Shown here: one piece after another, positions 51,838 to 64,000 of the stretch
How positions within the stretch are numbered: the first letter of the stretch is position 1
Layout: every line of letters starts with the position of its first letter
Assembly: GCA_030390025.1 (NCBI GenBank)
Contig: CM059429.1
Coordinates: 56,606,001 to 56,670,000 of the forward strand
Direction: 5' to 3'
DNA length: 64,000 nucleotides
Source: Squalus acanthias
Taxonomy: Eukaryota
Translations under genes and position numbers: made by a program
The notes under the pieces: model-generated
The model's database searches: none
What the model saw: the letters and a program-made list of their open reading frames with translations, nothing else
What the model was told of the DNA's origin: nothing

Positions 51838-52896
51838 ACTTGGGACTGAGCCACTTGCTCATCAGGAAGCTGCAAGCCACGACGCTGTGCTATGTTGTGC
51901 AGTGCACAGCAGACCATGACCATTCTGGAGACCCTGTCTGGTGTATACTGCAGGGCTCCACCTGATCGGTTAAGGCATCGGAAGCGCATCTTCAACAACC
52001 CAATGGTTTGCTCGATGATGGATCTGGTCGAGGTGTGGCTGGCGTTGTAGCGCTCTTCAGCCTTGTTAGCTGGCCTCCTGATCGGCGTCACTTCTTCAGG
52101 GGGTAGCCCTTGTTACCAAGGAGCCATCCGTTAAGTTGGTTTGGCGGATTGAAAAGCGGAGGAACACTAGAGTTCCGCAGGATGAAAGAGTCATGGCAAC
52201 TGCCACAGTACTTGGCGCAAACATGCAAAATCTCCTTCTTGTGGTTACATACCAGCTGTACATTGAGGGAGTGGAAGCCCTTGCGGTTGACAAAAATAGC
52301 TGGGTTGTGATGGGGTGCCCTCAGGGCCACATGATGCCCTGCACCATTGGCAAGCCTGCCATATTTGCAAATCCAACCGCACACGCGGTTATACTTGCTT
52401 GATCAGTTGAAAAGTTGATGTAATTGTGCACCTTTGCGAAGAGGGCATCGGTAAACTGCGTGATGCAACTGTGGGCGGCTGACTGGGAGATGCCGCTGAT
52501 GTCTGCTGATGATCCCTGAAAGGAGCCTGAAGCAAGAAAGTTGAGTGCGGTGGGGACTTTGACAGCCACTGGTAAGGGGTGTCCACCGGATCCTCTGGAC
52601 TCCAGGTGTTGGTGCAGCATTGCACAGATGTCTCCGACAACCTCTCGCGAAAGTCTTCTTTGGCACTGCTGCTCAGTCATGTTGATTAAGCTCATCCTCT
52701 GTCTGTAAACTCTGAGAGGAGGGTATCTCCTGTGGCGATGTGCTACCGTGCGCTGGCGCCTTCTGCCCTGTGCACCATTAGGTAGGTTAGCAGGAGGTTG
52801 GCACTCCTGCTGCTGTTCTGCCTGGTTCTGCTGCTGCCGTGGCTGCTCCTCGTCCGAATCTGAGGTCCATGATGAAAGTAAATAAATGTTTTCCAT
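51838..52896 (-). pseudogene. Harbinger transposase of the inner element, disrupted
   Basis: Motifs [72 protein letters not shown] and CCALHNIA. The IDCTH catalytic motif is lost by a small frameshifting deletion and the C-terminal tail is missing. Confidence 0.93.
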
Positions 52897-55719
52897 GCTG
52901 CTGGTAGATACCTCCGTTGGGGAAATGCTCAGTCCAAGTGGGGAGAGGGTTTTCCCAGGAGGTCCCAAAGTAGATAGATCTCAGCCGCACCACCTCCGAC
53001 TTCAGTAGGCCTGGAAAAAGTGCTCAAAGACCTGAGCAACAAAAGTTCTGCCACCAGCAACTCATCCCTGTTGAAAGCTCCATTTTTATGGTGGAGCTGC
53101 AGCTGTGAAGAGGCCAGCCACTTGTCAACCCTCCAGGATTAGCTGGCGTGGTTTAGGAGCGGCGTGCAACACGCTGTACATGCGGCAAAATAACAAAGGC
53201 CTGGCAAAATAGGATTATAGAGGCCCTTAAGCGTTTGTTAAGGGTCTTAACTGCCTATCCCGCCTCTTGGAGGCAGGACCGAATCGCACTCCTGAAGCCC
53301 GCCTCTGGCATAGTTGCGCGGGGGCGGGTTCCGAACCCACTCTCAATTTTTGCAATTTTACCAACTGTCTCGCCTCCAAACCCGCATTCTCAGGGATGGG
53401 AAAATCGCCCCCGTAGTGTCAGCATCTGAGCTGGTGCCTGTGGGTGAGAGATGCAGTGACGCGATGTGTTCTTTGTCCTCCTCTTCTTCCGCCTCGCACT
53501 CAATGGTACCCTCAGGGAAAGGCTGCTCAGGTGCTTGCTCATTATCTGAAAGCATAAAGACACAAGAGTCAGGTTAAGGTGAGGGAAAAGGGGCAGGAAG
53601 GGAGACATACATGCATGCATACAGCATGATTAGCTGGAAAGTGCAAAATGCTTGTGGGGTGAGGGGGAAGTGGGATGTGAGAAGAAGGCGTAGTGATGAA
53701 CATACCATTGTTATCCCCAAGGGGTCAACGTCGCCGGTGGCCATGGTGCCCATCACCTGGCGCCCAATAATCTGCAGCACTCTATTCTCCAGCGCAGACA
53801 GTGGTTGGGTGTCGGCTTGTCCCCCACCTGTGTGCTCCTGCTGCCTCCTGTTGTGAGCTACCTTGGCCTGCAAGAGAAAGGAAAGTGTGCGAGTGGGTGT
53901 GGAGCAATGTGTTTGGGTGATGTGCCTGCCATAGTTGAATAGCTGTCATTGTGTGCAAGGTGTGAGGTGTGGGTGTGAGTGCTGGGGGTGTGGTGCTTTG
54001 GGCAGTGTGTGAAGATTGTGGTAGCATTTGTTGAAGCATTCACTCACCCTGACCACCTGTGTTTGGGTCCTGGGGACCACAGTGCTACCCGAGACATGCT
54101 GTGCTACCTCCCTCCACATGGTTCGGAAGACTTGCGGCGAGGGCCTTCTGCCACTTGCCGGGTAGAGCACCACCCTCTGTCTCTCCTCAGCGAACACCAA
54201 TGCCTCCAATGCTTGATTGCAGAGTCTGCAGGCTTTCTCCCTGGGGCATGGATCTGCCATGAGTATAGTTACTTCAGTCCTCTGGCTCCTTCTCATTGTC
54301 CTGCTTCTGCTTGCTGAGGCAGCTGCACAGCCAGTAATGCTGAGAATGAGGTTCTGCAGCATTAATGAACCTCCCCTTTAAGTACTGAAAAAAGCCTGTG
54401 GCAATCATGACTTGTGATTAGACTGCACCTGATATTGGTCCACCCTTTGAGTGTAATGGCAATGAGCTTGGGTTTTAAGACTTGAATTATGACTCCAATC
54501 ATTTTTTTGACCAGTGAGCACGAATTTTGCATGCAGTCTAAAGCATTAGCGCTTGGCGCTAATTCTCCAACTTTTCGAATGACACTGCCCATTTCTGGGC
54601 TATAATAAATTTCTAGCCCTTATTGCATTTGTCGGAAATTCCCCTCTCTGCTCTTTTAGGGAAGAACTTAATCCATTTATTTTAACTGGGTTAGTGCCTG
54701 TGCTAAATTAGCAGAAGGAAAATTTTAGAGAATTGTGTTACGTGGTCATGTATCAGTATCCCACAGCATAGTTTAAGGGCCTTCGTTTTCAGATTTTTTT
54801 GTAACATCTTTACTTTAGTGCCTGGATTTAACAAAATAGTATTATTTCAATATAGGATTTAAAGAGTATTGATTAAAAATTATAAAGTTGTTTTGTTTCT
54901 TTCCTATCAATGTTCAAAGTGAAAAAGAATATAACTTAAAAAAAGAAAGTTATGGCAAAATATTTATGCTGCTTTGTTTCAAGTCCACTTAGTAAAATAC
55001 AGTCAAAACTAAGAGAAGCCCAGAAATAACTGCTTTCTGACCTAGTTTCCTGTTCCTCAAACATAAATGCCTCCTGTAATATGACCGACTACTGTGCATG
55101 TAGTTATTTAAATTTATAGGCAAACAAAACCTTGTAAAATCTACAATAGATTTCCTCAATCCTCCAAAAGCAAATGTTTCACACACATGTCATGTTAAAA
55201 TGGATGTACTGAAAAATAAGAACAATTTACAACACCTTTTAATTATTTATCTGCACCAGAGGTTCCAGTGAAGAAAATTGAATTTTCAAAGAATAAAATC
55301 TTCCAATAATTATAAACTGATATATAAGTTGTTTGAATAAAGTTAAAATATTCTACACCTGTTAAAAAAATGATGGTGCAGTATTCCTATATAACCCCAA
55401 AAGAATTAATGCAGCTATGGAGTGTGTGAAGATTTTGGTTCTCATTCAAAGCTACAATTGTCTCATTATAGTACTGAACTATTACTGAGCCACTTATGAT
55501 AGTCAAGTTGAATGAGACAGATCTGATAGGCACATCATACTCAAAATTAATTTTAACACTTGGTGGCAAGTTGTGTAGTTGTTGATTACATTTTTCACGG
55601 AGTTGAAGTCATTCAAGGCAGGTTTGTTGATGATGTTCAACATAGACTTTAAATATTGGAAAATGTGTCAGGGCAATTATTGCAGTGTGTGGTGACTTAA
55701 AATAAGATATCGGATTTTT

Positions 55720-56920
55720 ATAGAAATTACAGCACAGAAGGAGGCCATTTGTCCTATCCTGCTCTGCCAGTGTGAACTCTTCACCTGGAGCTATCTTCTC
55801 TAATTTCATTACCCTACTGTTTTACTCTATCCTTTTAAAATACTTATACAATTTCTTTTTAAATGATGTTATAGTCTCTGCCTAATAGCCACATGCGATA
55901 AAGCATTCCATGTTCTAATAAGCTTCTTTGTGAAAATGTTTCTTCTAACTTCTCCCTTCATTCTTCAAGTAATTATCCAGTCTATACCCACTTGTTCCTA
56001 ATTCACCAGCCAGTTAAAACAATCAGGCACTGTTTACCCTTTCTGAACCTTTTATTATTTTTAAAACCTCTATTGGATCCCCTTGGAAGTTCTCTGTTCT
56101 AGTGAAAAAAGCTGTACTTTTTTACGCCTTTCTTCATAACTAGTCTACTGCTTGTGAATCTTTGCTGCATCTTTTCCATAGCTCTAATCGTCTTCCTATA
56201 ATGGGATGCCCATGACTGAAAGCAGTACACCAACTGTGGCCTAATTAATGTCTTGTGCAAATTCGATGTAATTTCTTTGTTTTTATATTCAATGCTCCTA
56301 TGTATGAAACCCAGAATCCCATTTGCCTTATAACCTTTTATACCTACATTCTCACCTTTAAACATCTATGTATCAGCACTCCAATATTTTCTGTTCCTCC
56401 ATTTTGCTAAGGATCTTACCATTTAGAATACACTTTCTTTCACTATTCTTTTTCCCAAAATGTACTGTTTTACATTTCTCTGCAGAGAATTTGTTCTGCT
56501 ACCTCTCTGTCCACTATATCCTCCTGAATTTTCCTCTCAGTTTGCTGTGCCCCTACTTTGGTATCAGCAGGAAACTTCAATATCATTTCACTTGTACCTT
56601 TGTCCAAATCATTAATATAAAAGGACTTGAAGGACTTGCATTTATATAGCGCCTTTCATGACCACTGGACGTCTCAAAGTACTTTTGAAGTGTAGTCACT
56701 GTTGTAATGTTAAATGGAAAACAAAAGAGATTCCAACACAGAGTCTTGTGGCACACACCTACTAATCCAAACAACAAATCCATTTATCCCTACTTTCTGC
56801 TTTCTTGCCCCAGCCATCTCTCTAGTCCAGCGACTACATTCTCTTTATTACCATCCGCCTTCATTTTCATAACAAGTCTCTTATGTTACACTTTAGGTAG
56901 GTTTTAGTCTTTATCGTCTG
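55720..56920 (-). mobile_element. CR1 LINE 3' fragment
   Basis: ORF 56099..56365: KANGILGFIHRSIEYKNKEITSNLHKTLIRPQLVYCFQSWASHYRK. GVCHKTLCWNLF is a decayed GVPQGSVLGP motif. Confidence 0.85.
56620..56710 (-). mobile_element. 5'-truncated SINE tail inserted in the CR1 fragment
   Basis: GACTTGCATTTATATAGCGCCTTTCATGACCACTGGACGTCTCAAAG matches 14558-14605. Confidence 0.85.
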
Positions 56921-57052
56921 GGCATTAAGCATCGCCTGGGCAGAACGGCTCCCACACCCCTTACAGAATCTCTCTCATTTTCATTCTGTTCAAATTAACT
57001 GCTGCCTTACCTAGAACTAGATCTAGGACTGCATCCTTCTTTATTGAACGTA

Positions 57053-57720
57053 CAACAACAACAACAACGTGTATTTATATAGCGCCTTTAATGTGGTAAA
57101 ATATCCCAAGGCGCGTCACAGGAGTGTTTTAAAACAAAATTTGACACCGAGCCACATAAGGAGAAATTCGGGCAGATGACCAAAAGCTTGGTCAAAGAGG
57201 TAGGTTTTAAGGAGCGTCTTAAAGGAGGAAAGAGAGGTAGAGAGGCGGAGATGTTTAGAGAGGGATTTCCAAAGCTTAGGGCCTAGGCTACTGAAGGCAC
57301 AGTCACCAATGGTTGAGCAATTAAAATCATGGAAGCTCAAGAGGCCAGAATTAGAGGAGGGCAGATTTATCCGGGGATTGTGGGGCTGGAGGAGATTACA
57401 GAGATAGGGAAGGGTGAGGCCATGGAGGGATTTAAAAACAAGGATGAGAACTTTAAAATTGAGGTGTTGCTTAACTGGGAACCAATGTAGGTCAGTGAGC
57501 ACAGGGGTGATGGTGAATGAGACTTGGTGTGAGTTAGGACATGGCAGCCGAGTTTTGGATGACCTCAAGTTTACATGTATGTTTCTATGTTTCTATGTTA
57601 CATAGGGTAGAACGTGGGAGGCCAGCCAGGAGTGTGTTGGAATAGTCAAGTCTACAGGTAACAAAGGCATGGATGAGGGTTTCAGCAGCAGATGAGCTGA
57701 GGCAGGGGCAGAGACGGGCA
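57053..57720 (-). mobile_element. L2 LINE 3' fragment
   Basis: ORF 57116..57568: ITPVLTDLHWFPVKQHLNFKVLILVFKSLHG...AFSSLGPKLWKSL...SFKTLLKTYLFDQAF. Tail GGCGCTATATAAATACAC(GTT)n. Confidence 0.93.
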
Positions 57721-60700
57721 TGTAGTGATTAAGGTAACAGTTCTGGATATATTCCAAGAGCACCTCCCTATTTTGCCCACAAACTTTTGTCTTATCCCAG
57801 TCTACCTTAGGATAACTAAAATCTAATTTATTTATTGATCAATAAAACAAATTTAACAATCAGATAATTTGTTAGCATACTAAATTGAAAGACTGTAATG
57901 GGGAACACAAAACTAGGGACTAGAAAACCAATTAAAGTAAAAACCTATTTTACAACTATAATATGCAAAATAAAAACATACACAAAATAAACTCCAATAT
58001 GTGTATACTTTTTTTTGGTAAGGTTATTGAGTTTATCCATTATTTTTCAAAGTTATAGCCCAGTAATTATCATGTATTGTAGTATTTATTTTTATTTATG
58101 TAATTCCGTCTAATTTTGAAATGGGATAAATGCCTACATTAATCTAAATTTCATGCTAACCATTCTCCTCTTTAGCTTTCTTTGACACAGAGTTGACACG
58201 TATGCTTATTTCTTTATGTAGACGTATTTTGACTTATTCCAAACAGATACACATTCAAGTTATGCAATGGCCATAATGGATATATTAAAGATGTAAAATG
58301 ATACAATGGCAAAAAAAACCTTTTCCTGCATTGTATAGTCATAGTTCATTGTATTTTTTTTTACATATGAAAATATTATGAAAGTTGATGATTAAGACCA
58401 TATGAGCATAAGAGAGCAAAATATTTAAAACGCCACTGATAAGAAAATGAAAAAACTTCAGTTTGCCAGTAACTCATTTGGATGCACTGGTGCACCATCA
58501 GATAGGTACATTCTAAATTTAAAGTTACAAAAGGTCACAAAACAGATTTCATTTCATTCCCCAGATTTACATATAACTCAAGTCCTTAGAAGTTCTGTTA
58601 CAAACTGAAGACAAAATAATATGGTATCGGGTACTTAAAAAAAATCCACATAAAAGTTATAGTTTCACAGAATTGCAAGGAGAAAATGTATGTTATGTGA
58701 GTCTATAGTAAATGCACCTAAGGTGGTGTCAACATCAAAGTATTTTACTGCTCCACCAGGAATGATGAGAATGATACCAGGGGTCCAGACACAGCCATAG
58801 TTGATCCTTGTTATTCACCTGCACTTTAAGGCTGCGCATTTGTTATATAGACAAGGATTGTTTAAGTTTACTATGGTGATCTTTGTATGATTTATATAAT
58901 TTAAATGTGGATTTTTTTCTGGTCATCCTCCTAGCCAGTAGCAGCTGGAATACGTTTGCATGGATGATCAGTTTTGTGAACCATGACGACAAATATTACA
59001 GTTCATGCACTGGGAGCATTTTGTGATGTTTTCAAGTTTATCTCCTTATTTACGTTAAGACAGCTGTATGGCCCGTTAAAAATATTGGCCAAGAAAAGAG
59101 AAATTGTAAGCTTCTTCTTTGGTGTTATCAGTCCCCATACAGTTTTGGGCCAATTGTAAAGTAGGAAGAATGTATATGCTTGTTTGAAGAGTTCCATAGT
59201 TCAGTTTTCCCTTGTTATTATGGAGGTTTGAATATAATTAAGTCAAATGATTAAATTTAATACTCATATCATTTTAGCTTTTACTGCTTTACCTTCCAGA
59301 AATCAGTACCGATATAGCATTAAGGCTTATACAGTGGAACTTGCTTAAAGTGAACTCGATATCATGAATTTCCATTTAGAGTGAAACAATTCCAGCCTCC
59401 CAATTCACTTACCATTTAAATGAATTTGGAAATACAGCTCCTATTATAATGAAGTGACTACCTGCTATAGTAGAGCTAATCCTCCATTGTTAGCCCATAA
59501 AGAGCAGTGGGATGTATCTCACAGATCAATGGAAACTGGTGCCTCCAATCTTAAAGCATATAATCTCAACACTCACTGAATCTCATATGTCGAAGATGTA
59601 CTGTAGCAAGCGATGTACAATCTGCTGCATTTAGAAGAGCAATGCGAGCAGGCAGATGAAGTAATGTTGCTCAGTATTACTGTTGTGGAGTAGAGGAAAG
59701 GCCAAACTCTGAATGCACACTCAATCACATGCACAGCTTTCTAGGTACTTACTTCTGGCTTCCAGTAAGATTTCCAATGATTAGAAAAAGTTGACAAGAT
59801 AGGGAGCCCTTTTCAATCATTAGAAATGAAAATGACTGCAGGAGGCTGGGTAAGATCTTTCAAAAGCATTCTGTGATGCAGGATCATCTTTTACGAGCAC
59901 TGTCGCAAGTACTAAACACCACTAGAACTCTTCACAGTATTTATACGTGCTATAGATGCAGTCAATTTCAGGTTAGGCTCAGAACCTAAAGTGGACATTG
60001 GCTCCGAATTGTCACAAGCCACAATCCCAGCAGTTACGCTGGGATTGCACTAACAGTATCCTCCAGCACTGACTCTACCAGAGTTGCTGGGTCAGTGGAA
60101 GAGCACCTAATTAACATTGGGCTAGCAGGCAGGAGAAGCAGGAACTCCCTGCTCCTGCCCTTCCCCCTTTAATGCAGGAGATCATGTTTGGGGACGGACA
60201 AGTGGTTCCCAAAACTTGCAGGGAAGGCTGGGACCTAGCGTATCCGAGTTCTGGCCTATTTTTAGGGCCTTCCGCTAAACTCAAGCTGAAGTTATGGGGA
60301 GTTCGCCAGAAGGCCTGTACATTTTTGGGGCCAATGTTCTTTGATGCTGTGTTTATATATTTGGAACAATTGTGGAGTGATGTGAGCAAGGGTCTATGAT
60401 TAGACAGGTCCCTAATTGCTCGTGAGATCTTTACTTATTGAGACAAGCCAACTAGGTCGTCAGCTCTCTGGATTATTAAAAATATAATAGACAGGAGGCT
60501 GTGTTAGTGTTAACATTTTTCTTAGCACACCAAAATTCTAGACATGGTACGAGTGCCAAAGTTGCAGCATAAAGGCAGTATAGTTCAATCTCAAGCTGAG
60601 CTGTTAGCTGTAACTGAACATGAATTTGTTACTGCCTTCAGTTTGTTAAAGGTCAGTAAGCAGTGCTCAGTCACTTCCTGATATGAAATGGTGTATAGGT

Positions 60701-62339
60701 TCTTGTAAACAAGGGTTCCTTGGAACCAAAACCCCTAGCCTACCTGTAGAAGATACATTTAACGTGACATAAATAATATACTAAGATTTTGCTCTTAGCT
60801 TTTGCAGAAGTGTTTCAACGGATTCTGACAGCATTTTCCATCCACACTAGTTACAGCACTTACAGAATGGAAAGATTGTTTTTAGTAATGTTTTCTAGTG
60901 CACAGCTCACATTTATCTTGTAGTCACAGTTAAACAATAATAAACAGGCTCAAACATAACTTATAAATCAAATGTTATAAAAGACAAACAGAGGCTATTT
61001 TTGCAATTAAAATGTGTGTTGTTGAGAGTGTGTTTGCCATTTTATAGTGTGTCAAAGATCTGTGCAATACATCTCATATTATATCACAATAAAGGTACCT
61101 ATCTCATTCTTTTATTATTAATATGATTTAATAAAGTACATAATACATTTCCATGATTTCATTCTGAGGTTAAATTGCTATAAAATTGAAAACCAATACA
61201 GTCTTAAGACTATTGAGAAGTTTTTAGTTTCTTTCCCATTCACTATAGATTTCCCCATGAATTTGTGAATTCATCTCAATGCTTAATACCAAGTTAAATG
61301 AGTTTTTGTTGTCTTAACTTTGTTCCCAGTGGACATTAGTCTATGGAATAAAATGGTGCTTTTTTAGTAATCTCATCTGAGAGAGGCCAGGGGTTGAAAA
61401 TGTTGGAAAGGTTCTTTTTTGGAGAGAAGGAGTAATGACTGCACTGTCGATTGAACGCCAACATACTTACTTATTTTGTCTGTACCCTGCCTAAACTATG
61501 AGCTTTGCAAAATTCAAAACTGAAAATTGTCAATTCTCCAGCAAATTCATTTTTTACTCTTGGGCATTCAGAGAATCATCTCTTTACTGATGGAAACACC
61601 CTGGTACCTACAGGCAGGGGGTGGATGCTCTAGACTAGTCCTGCTTTCATTCAGTATTTGCAGTATGATTTGGTGCAGACTAGTTCTGCCCTTCCTGTAA
61701 CTCCATGCTTTAAGTGAGAAGGTCACATTGAAATACCTTAGCTGACACTCTGTGCCTCCAGGCTACTTTCTTTTTCTTGTTCTCAAAGAACCATGCAGAA
61801 ATTACTAAAATCTAATTATTTTGCTGTTAATCAACTGCAGGTTGATTCCTGGAGCATTCTTATCAGCAGTAAACCACTCAGGGCAGAAAACATTACTCAA
61901 TAGACATGTAAGGGTTTATCACAAACAGTTCTAAAAAAATTGATTTTCTGAATTTTTATGCTAAAATATTATTGGAAATCAATGTAAGCAGTTAATGGAT
62001 TTCATAGTCAACATGCATTTGAAATGGCTATCATTGGTAGATGGCTAACTTGTGATAATACTGCATTGGCAGGACGACTAACTAAAAACACACAAAAGGT
62101 GCATTTAATCCTAATAATTTTTATGATCAGATTGTATAAAATTCTGCATGAAATCATGGAAACAAATTTTCAAAATAATCCTTGAGTTATGTTTTCAGAA
62201 AAAAAGTCTTGTGACAAAATGAAAGCGTGAAGTTTCCAAAATTATTCAACAAAAGTCAAACATAAAAGATGCTATTCATTTCCAGAACTTGATTTTAAGT
62301 GTTTTTTCCATCTACCCTCTAACTTTCTCTGTTCTCCTC

Positions 62340-62736
62340 CTTAAGGTGCTGACTCAAACTAGACTACAGTTCCACAGGCATTAGTCACCCTTCAGCACCT
62401 CATCCGAATTGCTCACACGTGTGAGCCTAGACTGTGAATGTTAACAAGTTATACGACTTTTGGTAGATCACAGCTGAGTTACACCCTGTGCTCTACCCTA
62501 CACCCATAGACACACATTTTCCAGTAGGAATCAATGACTAGTGATAGGGATCAAGATACCACTCACCCCCACTCTCCTGTCTGGTCCAGTGGCACAGAGG
62601 ACAATTATAGTGCACAGCTGCTCTGCTGAGATCTGCTAACAAAACCCAGACCAAAGATCAAACCTGAGATCTTGCTGATCTGTATGGCTGAGTCCTACAC
62701 TGGACTGTGTATTTACCAATTGATCCAGAGGGGCCA
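62340..62736 (-). mobile_element. Old tRNA-derived SINE (second family)
   Basis: Reverse-complement similarity to 31255-32400. Box-B-like CAGGTTTGATCTT on the minus strand. Confidence 0.5.
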
Positions 62737-62762
62737 CTAAAATATCAAGAGCTAAAGGTATT

Positions 62763-63518
62763 GGCCTAGATTTTGCAGTCAGCGGCGAAGTGATGATGCT
62801 CACTGCTGACCGTGAAGAAAGCGACCCACAAAATTTTAGCGGGCACTGTGGCGTCAATTTCCCCTTTTCTGACGTGACTTTCCATCTGACGCCATCTATA
62901 GGGGATCTGTGGTATCCAGCAACAGTGATGTCATCAAGCAGGCTGAGCAGCCAATCACACTGAAATGCAAACCAGGAAGTAAAAAGCAGGTTTTATGAAC
63001 ACACATTTTAATCATTTTACAGAAAACGATATAAAGATTGGGACATACACATGCATTTAAGGTAGAAGATGAAATATCATAAGCAAACTTTATAAAAATA
63101 AAATATTAATTTTTATTATTTTAAAAATCAAACAATTTTTATCATGGAATGGAAGGAATGATACTCCACGCATATACAATTAGTTTTTCAGGATCAGAGA
63201 GTTTGTTCAGCTGGAATTATGACTCAGTATGCCATTTAAAAAATCAGTTACATCTCATTCAATAAGGCTTAACTTTTTCAAGGGTTTTTACAGTGAGAAT
63301 AATGCGTAAAAAGTTGAAGTTCAAATCAGTGATTTCTAATTGATTCCATCTGTGAAGACTGCAACAGCGCACCCTGTGGAGGAGCAGGGTATCACTGACG
63401 GCAACTTCTGGATTTTCGTGTTTAACTGCACATGTGCCAGAAGTTGCCGTCAGTTTTACACAGTAATGATGGCGAGCGCTGACAGTTACGCCGTCATTAC
63501 AACTGTAAATTCCGGGCC
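62763..63518. mobile_element. Non-autonomous Harbinger-type element, 756 bp
   Basis: ATT|GGCCTAGATTTTGCAGT ... ACTGTAAATTCCGGGCC|ATT (13/17 TIR, ATT TSD). Same GC-arm and AT-core layout as 31319-32061. Confidence 0.8.
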
Positions 63519-64000
63519 ATTAAAATTTAAGAGTGCAAATCAGCTCCAGGGAAATTCATCCCACCTTATGAGTAAAATCCTGATGCAGATATAGAATTTC
63601 AACATATAAAATCACCTCCCATTGACCGCTATTTTGATATCTAGAATCCAAATGTGACACTTAAATACACGATCCTCCTCTGAGCATCAAAGTTTCCAAT
63701 TTTATCTCATTTTAATCCTCAGCAAACTAAATATGTTTAATCCACTATCAAAACTGTGCCTAGAGGGAGGAGTGCAATTTTGTGTAAATATATAATTTTG
63801 TTCAACATTCTTTGTCACATTTGTTTCAATTGAATGATCTGATTGTGGTACAAAGATTTAGCAATTTTTAAAGAAAAGAATCTGTAGTTTATAGAAAGCC
63901 AATTGTCACTTTTTTTTTTGCCTAACTTCACTTATTAGGAAACAGACAAATAATTAAAATTAAATGTGTTGATTTACAATAAGTAATTTAAATGTTCAGG

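Larger units (their letters stand above)
49563..53413. mobile_element. Inner two-gene PIF/Harbinger transposon, ~3.85 kb, orientation opposite to the outer element
   Basis: Perfect 17-bp TIRs GGGGGCGATTTTCCCAT / ATGGGAAAATCGCCCCC. TAG at 49560-49562 and 53414-53416, with a one-base ambiguity at the junction. Subterminal GCGGGTTCCGAACCC near both ends. Confidence 0.95.
48574..54260 (-). pseudogene. Spliced Myb/SANT-like DNA-binding partner gene of the outer Harbinger
   Basis: Exons 54260-54048 (MADPCPREKACRL...MWREVAQHVSGSTVVPRT, donor GTGAGT), 53867-53706 (AKVAHNRRQQEHTGGG, donor GTATGT) and 53545-53414 continuing at 49559-48574 across the nested insertion. One in-frame stop and one apparent frameshift. 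Confidence 0.85.
46766..54619. mobile_element. Outer two-gene PIF/Harbinger transposon (decayed), host of a nested element
   Basis: Convergent DDE transposase (+) and Myb/SANT gene (-). Ends GGGGGGAAAATTT ... AAATTTCTAGCCC are imperfect TIRs with no clean TSD, so boundaries are approximate. Sharp GC shift against the flanks. Confidence 0.85.

Noticed and set aside
59329-59800. Possible Tigger/pogo remnant starting TA|CAGTGGAAC
   Set aside because: I could not identify a matching right TIR or a convincing transposase translation.
36952-64000. pax3 exon 8
   Set aside because: I found no sequence encoding the expected VMGLL...QPQ-type segment by eye. It probably lies beyond the window; a TBLASTN search would settle this.

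Overview
AT-rich vertebrate genomic DNA. The repeat families and intron sizes suggest a cartilaginous fish such as a shark (inference). The whole window lies inside one gene on the + strand, pax3. Three internal exons, equivalent to human PAX3 exons 5, 6 and 7, are at 29058-29257, 33908-34073 and 36662-36876. They encode the Ser50 paired-type homeodomain and the start of the Pro/Ser/Thr-rich transactivation region. Everything upstream is intron 4 (>29 kb), which carries several motif-dense candidate enhancers and a ~2 kb degenerate 30-33 bp minisatellite. Everything downstream is intron 7 (>27 kb; I did not find exon 8). The most striking accessory structure is a nested pair of two-gene PIF/Harbinger transposons in intron 7. 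A 3.85 kb element with 17-bp TIRs sits inside the last exon of the spliced Myb/SANT gene of an older ~7.9 kb element, and removing it restores the host reading frame. Also present are many Harbinger-type non-autonomous elements with 3-bp TSDs, tRNA-derived SINEs and CR1/L2 LINE fragments. There are no prokaryotic features and no CRISPR array. I cannot support a wholly new system from sequence alone; the best leads are listed under findings.
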